In this document: piece after piece, positions 59,072 to 64,000 of the stretch
How the letters are laid out: every line of letters begins with the position of its first letter
How positions within the stretch are numbered: position 1 is the first letter of the stretch
Assembly: GCA_032718475.1 (NCBI GenBank)
Contig: JAUCBJ010008799.1
Coordinates: 62,001-126,000, forward strand
DNA: 64,000 nucleotides
Direction of reading: 5' to 3'
Origin: Nemertoderma westbladi
Taxonomy: Eukaryota; Animalia; Xenacoelomorpha
Translations under genes and position numbers: made by a program
The notes under the pieces: model-generated
Seen by the model: the letters and a program-made list of their open reading frames with translations, nothing else
Database searches by the model: none
What the model was told of the DNA's origin: nothing

Positions 59072-62000
59072 ATGGCGAATACTCCTATTAATATTGTATC
59101 TCTAAATTGTAGAGGGTTACAAAAAAATATCAAAAGAAAGGTTGTCTTTGACAAACTGACTGCCAACAATTTTGATATCTGCCTGCTCCAAGAAACTCAC
59201 AGCTCCGACTCAGACTGCGAAGCCTGGTCGAAGCAGTGGAAGGGCCATACCGTTTTTACCAAAAAAAGTTCACAAAGTGTTGGGGTAGCGATCCTTTTTA
59301 ACGAAAATTTACAATATAAAATAATTAAAAAAATCGTTGACCCTTCAGGAAGATTCATTATTCTAGATGTCGATATAAATAGTACAATTCTGACCCTTGT
59401 AAATATTTATAACTTTAATATTGATTCTAGTGTTCTGATTAAACAAATAAAAAACGAAATGTTAAACTGTTTCGAAAGTGTAAACGTTATATGGGCGGGA
59501 GATTTCAACTGCGTCTTAGACATCACCAAGGACAAATTCGGTGGAGCTCCAAAGACAAATGAAAAAGTACGTTGTGAGGTCTTAGAAACTATGGAAAATA
59601 TTAATTTAATCGATATATATCGGTCACTGCACCCAAATGGTATTTCCTTTTCACATAGACAAAAAGTATTCCAAGGATGGGTACGTACACGAAAAGATTT
59701 TTTTCTCGTTTCAAGTTCGATTGCATCTGTCACTAGTAAATGCGGATCAGTATCCGGATTTTACAGTGACCATTCGGCGGTTTTTTTACAATTCGAAATA
59801 CCAAATAACTGGACAAACAGGAAAAAGGGACCCGGGTTCTGGAAACACAATAATTCTTTACTAACTGATGAAGATTACATATGCCTTGTCAAAACAACCA
59901 TCTCGGATACAGTGACCGAATATAAAGATAATATAAACCCACATTTAAGGTGGGAAATGATAAAGTTAAATGTTCGAACAAAGGCTATAAGCTATGGCAT
60001 TAACAAAAATAAGGAAAAGCACAAAAAACGAAATAGGTTAGAAATTGAGATCGAAAATTTTCACAGAAGAGAAAAATTTCTTTCAAACAGCGAAATGCAA
60101 TCATATCAAAATGCTCAAAATAACCTTATTAAATTAGAAGAAAACGAGGCCCAAGCCTCAATGTTTCGGGCAAAATTACAAAATTATAATGCTGGAGAAA
60201 AACCAACGAAATTTTTTCTCAATTTAGAAAAAAGTAAATCAAAAAATAATACTATTCATAGACTTAAAACGAAAAGGGGTGAAAGTGTAACATCTGACAA
60301 GGAAATTCTCAATGAAGCAGTACAATTTTATAGTGATTTATACCAGTCTAAAAAATTTAATCATTGTCCGATCCTCAGAGATGAACAATCGTCAGCATTT
60401 TTCACAAAATGTGCCAACTTACCAAAACTTGATGAAATGTCAAAAAATTTTCTAGACAAAAATATATCAGAGCTCGAATGTTTGACTGCCTTAAAGGAAA
60501 TGTCAAATGGGAAAAGTCCTGGTGGTGACGGGTTCCCTACAGAATTTTATAAATTTTTTTGGACAGACATAAAAAAATATGTATATGAAAGTTTCCTTTT
60601 CTCGTTTGAAGAACAATCTTTATCAGTATCACAGCGTCAAGGTATCATGTCCCTTTTCCCAAAAAAGGACAAAATACCATCTTTAATAGAAAATCGCAGA
60701 CCGATCACTCTACTAAATACCGACTATAAAATCTTGAGCAAAGCCCTAGCCTCTCGAATGAAAACCGTCTTGGTAGCGATAATAAATTCAGACCAAACGG
60801 GCTCTGTAAAAGGCCGTTACATTGGTGAAAATATAAGACGCATAATCGACACAATGGATATTCTTGATAATAGTGAACAATCCGGCCTAGTTGTGATGGC
60901 CGATTTTCAAAAAGCATTTGATTCTGTAGAATGGGATTTCTTGGAACAGGCATTGAAACATTTCAATTTTCCAGACTCTTTTCTCACTTGGTTTGGCATT
61001 TTATATAACAACAATTTTAAGTTAGTGATTCAAAATAACGGTTATTTATCAAAATCTTTTGTTGCTTCAAGAGGTGTTCGTCAAGGATGTCCGTTATCGG
61101 CATATTTGTTTGTATTAGCTGTTGAAATACTTGCTGGGGTAGTTAGGAATACACATGAAATTAAAGGACTGCAAATGGGGAACAGCAATAATATAATTTC
61201 ACAGTATGTGGATGATACCAATTTTTTCCTACAAGCATCTGCCGAATCGCTTATGGCTCTAATGGAGATCCTAGGGGTTTTCGGAAATATTTCTGGCTTA
61301 AAGCTAAACAAATCCAAAACAGAGGTAACTTGGATTGGCTCCATGAAAAACAGAGCCAGCAAGATCTGTCCACAGCTAAGGCTCAAGTGGTTAATTCCCG
61401 GAGAGCCTTTCAAAATCCTCGGGATTCTACTTTCTACAAATATTTCCTCCATTGAATGCTTAAATTTTCCTGACGCCTTGGAAAAGGCAAAAAAAATAGT
61501 AGAAATTTGGTCACGCCACAAACTCTCTTTATTGGGTCGGATATGCATCGCAAAAACTTTGGTGCTCTCAAAATTTACATATTTATTTGCATGTCTTGAA
61601 AACCCATCAGTGAACATGCAAAAAAATATCTCAGACCTATTAGACAAATTCATCTGGGCTGGAAAACCGCCAAAACTTAAAAAAGCAGTAATGATTAACT
61701 TATATGAAGTTGGTGGTGCACAAATCCCCGACTTAAGTACCTTCATAGAAAGTCAAAAAGTTAAATGGATTCAAAAACTCATAGAAAATAGTCATTCGGT
61801 GTGGAAAACACTCGCCTGCACGCAACTCGGGGATAGTGTTGCCAAAAATTTAAAATGGTTTGTAAATTTACTTCCAGATGATATAAAAAATATCAAGGTG
61901 TGTAAAGGTAATTTCTGGTGCAACGTCTTAACTGTCTGGTGCCGAATAAATTATGCAGTCAGAAACGGCATTGACAATGATGATTTTGTTAACTATCAAA

Positions 62001-62899
62001 CTATATGGTTAAACTCCAATATTAAAATTGATAGTAAACCACTTTTTCATCAACAATGGATTAATAAAGGTATTTTTTTTATCCATAACATCAGAAACCT
62101 CCAACAAAACAGATTTCTTTCCTTTATTGAATTACAAGAAAAATTCAATGTTTCCAAAAAAGACCATTTTTTCTACATGAGTGTAGTGGACGCCATTAAT
62201 ACTCAGTTAAGAACTGCGCTCAAAAAACAGGTACTTGGAGCTTCTGCGCCACTCTCTATGAACATAATTAACAAAGGTCGACGATCAACAAATACGGCAT
62301 ACAAATTATTTATAGATCAAATTGGTGAAACAAACACAGTAGCAAGTCAAAAATGGTGCTTAGAGTTACACACTGATGTAGATAAAATTTTGTGGAACAA
62401 ATTTTTTCAAATGGCCAAAACAAATTCACGTGAAGTGAAAATGTGGTCCTTTCAATTCAAGTTACTGCACCGTAGGTTACCCACAAATACTTTGCTATTT
62501 AAAATAGGCATTTCATCATCAAACCTTTGTTCTTTTTGTAAAACACTCGAGGAAACTTATTTACATCTTTTCTGGGAGTGTGAAACTGTGAAAAAATTAA
62601 TTGATGAATTTAAATTGTGGTGGTTAAAAAACACAAAACAGTCATTAATTCTTACAAAGCTTTCAATGTTGTTTGGGTACCACACAAAAGTGCCGCCAAT
62701 CATTAATTGCCTCCTACAGTTACTAAGATACTATATTTATTGCGAAAAATTCCAAAATACTCCGGCTCTACAAATGTCTGTTTTTCTACATCATGTTCGA
62801 AAAAATTTCCTTTATGAAAACTACATCGCAGTTCAGGAATCAAAAATTTACATTTTCGAGCAAAAATGGAAGCTAATCAATGATTACTTTTTAAGATAA
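59072..62899 (+). CDS. L1/Tx1 ORF2p: APE endonuclease, reverse transcriptase and C-terminal zinc finger (1275 aa)
   Basis: SLNCRGL, LQETH, GDFN, SDH; KSPGGDG, DFQKAFDSV, RQGCPLS, QYVDD; CSFC...HLFWEC. Confidence 0.95.
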   Translation: MANTPINIVSLNCRGLQKNIKRKVVFDKLTANNFDICLLQETHSSDSDCEAWSKQWKGHTVFTKKSSQSVGVAILFNENLQYKIIKKIVDPSGRFIILDVDINSTILTLVNIYNFNIDSSVLIKQIKNEMLNCFESVNVIWAGDFNCVLDITKDKFGGAPKTNEKVRCEVLETMENINLIDIYRSLHPNGISFSHRQKVFQGWVRTRKDFFLVSSSIASVTSKCGSVSGFYSDHSAVFLQFEIPNNWTNRKKGPGFWKHNNSLLTDEDYICLVKTTISDTVTEYKDNINPHLRWEMIKLNVRTKAISYGINKNKEKHKKRNRLEIEIENFHRREKFLSNSEMQSYQNAQNNLIKLEENEAQASMFRAKLQNYNAGEKPTKFFLNLEKSKSKNNTIHRLKTKRGESVTSDKEILNEAVQFYSDLYQSKKFNHCPILRDEQSSAFFTKCANLPKLDEMSKNFLDKNISELECLTALKEMSNGKSPGGDGFPTEFYKFFWTDIKKYVYESFLFSFEEQSLSVSQRQGIMSLFPKKDKIPSLIENRRPITLLNTDYKILSKALASRMKTVLVAIINSDQTGSVKGRYIGENIRRIIDTMDILDNSEQSGLVVMADFQKAFDSVEWDFLEQALKHFNFPDSFLTWFGILYNNNFKLVIQNNGYLSKSFVASRGVRQGCPLSAYLFVLAVEILAGVVRNTHEIKGLQMGNSNNIISQYVDDTNFFLQASAESLMALMEILGVFGNISGLKLNKSKTEVTWIGSMKNRASKICPQLRLKWLIPGEPFKILGILLSTNISSIECLNFPDALEKAKKIVEIWSRHKLSLLGRICIAKTLVLSKFTYLFACLENPSVNMQKNISDLLDKFIWAGKPPKLKKAVMINLYEVGGAQIPDLSTFIESQKVKWIQKLIENSHSVWKTLACTQLGDSVAKNLKWFVNLLPDDIKNIKVCKGNFWCNVLTVWCRINYAVRNGIDNDDFVNYQTIWLNSNIKIDSKPLFHQQWINKGIFFIHNIRNLQQNRFLSFIELQEKFNVSKKDHFFYMSVVDAINTQLRTALKKQVLGASAPLSMNIINKGRRSTNTAYKLFIDQIGETNTVASQKWCLELHTDVDKILWNKFFQMAKTNSREVKMWSFQFKLLHRRLPTNTLLFKIGISSSNLCSFCKTLEETYLHLFWECETVKKLIDEFKLWWLKNTKQSLILTKLSMLFGYHTKVPPIINCLLQLLRYYIYCEKFQNTPALQMSVFLHHVRKNFLYENYIAVQESKIYIFEQKWKLINDYFLR

Positions 62900-64000
62900 A
62901 ATCATCAAATCTATTGCTAGTATGTTTCGATTTGTAATAGTGCGGTTTTTTTTTTCCTTTATTTTTCTGGTTTTTCTATCCTGTTCTGCGGGATTCCGAG
63001 TCCCAATAATAGTGCATTATATTATATTATATGGTGAATTATTTTCCGTCATTATGTTTATCTTACCTGCGCTACTTAAGCATTCAATACGGTAGCTATT
63101 AAGAACCTATGATGTTCTGGTTTTGTTTTTTTTTTTATTTTTTTGTCATATCCATAAGGCGCTGCTGTAGGTTAAGTGCATTTATCCACACGGTAAAATA
63201 TTGAAAAAAGTCATACCGGTACTTTTTTGTTACTTTTTGTGTAATTGCTTGCTGATTGCTTGTTGTTTAAAAATTTGTTATCTGTCGATGCGAATTTGAA
63301 TTTAATTTGGACAATATATATGGACTGGAGAAGAAAAAAAAAAAATATATATATATTGCCCAGCAACTCATTTGTAGGGCGCGACTCTTCCCCAAGAGTT
63401 GCTGCGCAATCACCATTTTTTGAGATTCGCATATTTGTTTAAATTCCGCGCCATGCTTAGATTTTTTAGCTATTGGAGCATTGTATGGCGATTTCGGTGC
63501 TGGTCGACGAAAAACAACATCGCTCTCATCTCTCCAAATTTTGGAGCAACTACAGAACCGTACTTTTGTGTCCTTCGCTCTATTTCACCAGTCATTTCGA
63601 AAAGTTTATCACTTATCACTATTGAGAGATCGAATTTATCGTCACTTTCTTCGCGGCCTCCCTCACCGACCCCTGTCGCGTTGGGTGAACAACTGTATGT
63701 CTGTGCGTCCTGCTTTGTTGCGTAATTCAGAAAAATGTAGGTTCATTGAATAATTTCAGGTGTAATGTTCTGTTACCCTGTGTTTTTCTGAGCTTATCAG
63801 TATTTTGAATAACTATATTCAGTAACTATACCGATTCTGAAATAGTAAATAATTTTCGCTACAGTGTTGCAGCCGACATGTTAATTGAAAGATACAATGT
63901 TTAATAACAGTCTCTAATATTTATTTATAATAATTTAATTTAATAATATTCAGTATGCTGAATTCAGCATACAGCTACCGGTACTATACCGGACGCAATT

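Larger units (their letters stand above)
56733..63210 (+). mobile_element. Apparently full-length L1/Tx1-clade LINE (ends approximate, no TSD identified)
   Basis: ORF1 plus intact APE-RT-zinc finger ORF2, cttccgg 5' motif, T-rich 3' UTR. Confidence 0.85.

Overview
Eukaryotic (most likely invertebrate animal) genomic DNA, very rich in transposons. The only clear host genes are two tandem, minus-strand, two-exon ABCC4/MRP4-like ABC transporter paralogues. One is apparently intact (41000-40818 + 33013-29393, about 1267 aa) and one is a pseudogene (9702-9520 + 8168-4539). Around and inside them are two Bel/Pao-type LTR retrotransposons, two RTE LINEs, a CRE-like RT/REL element, a full-length L1/Tx1 LINE, CR1/L2-like fragments, Chapaev, pogo-like and IS3EU-like transposase relics, and several MITEs. 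The stand-out feature is a young 11.6-kb Bel/Pao-derived LTR element (41154-52771; 548-bp LTRs with about 4 differences; GTGAC TSD). It keeps gag and protease but has lost RT, RNase H and integrase. In the env position it carries an uninterrupted ~850-aa ORF with a DEDDy-like 3'-5' exonuclease and three CCHC zinc knuckles. It has no tRNA primer-binding site. Instead its 63-nt leader is an inverted copy of an LTR segment, and the predicted duplex ends exactly at the LTR boundary, which suggests RNA self-priming. All calls come from reading the sequence by eye; no database searches were run.
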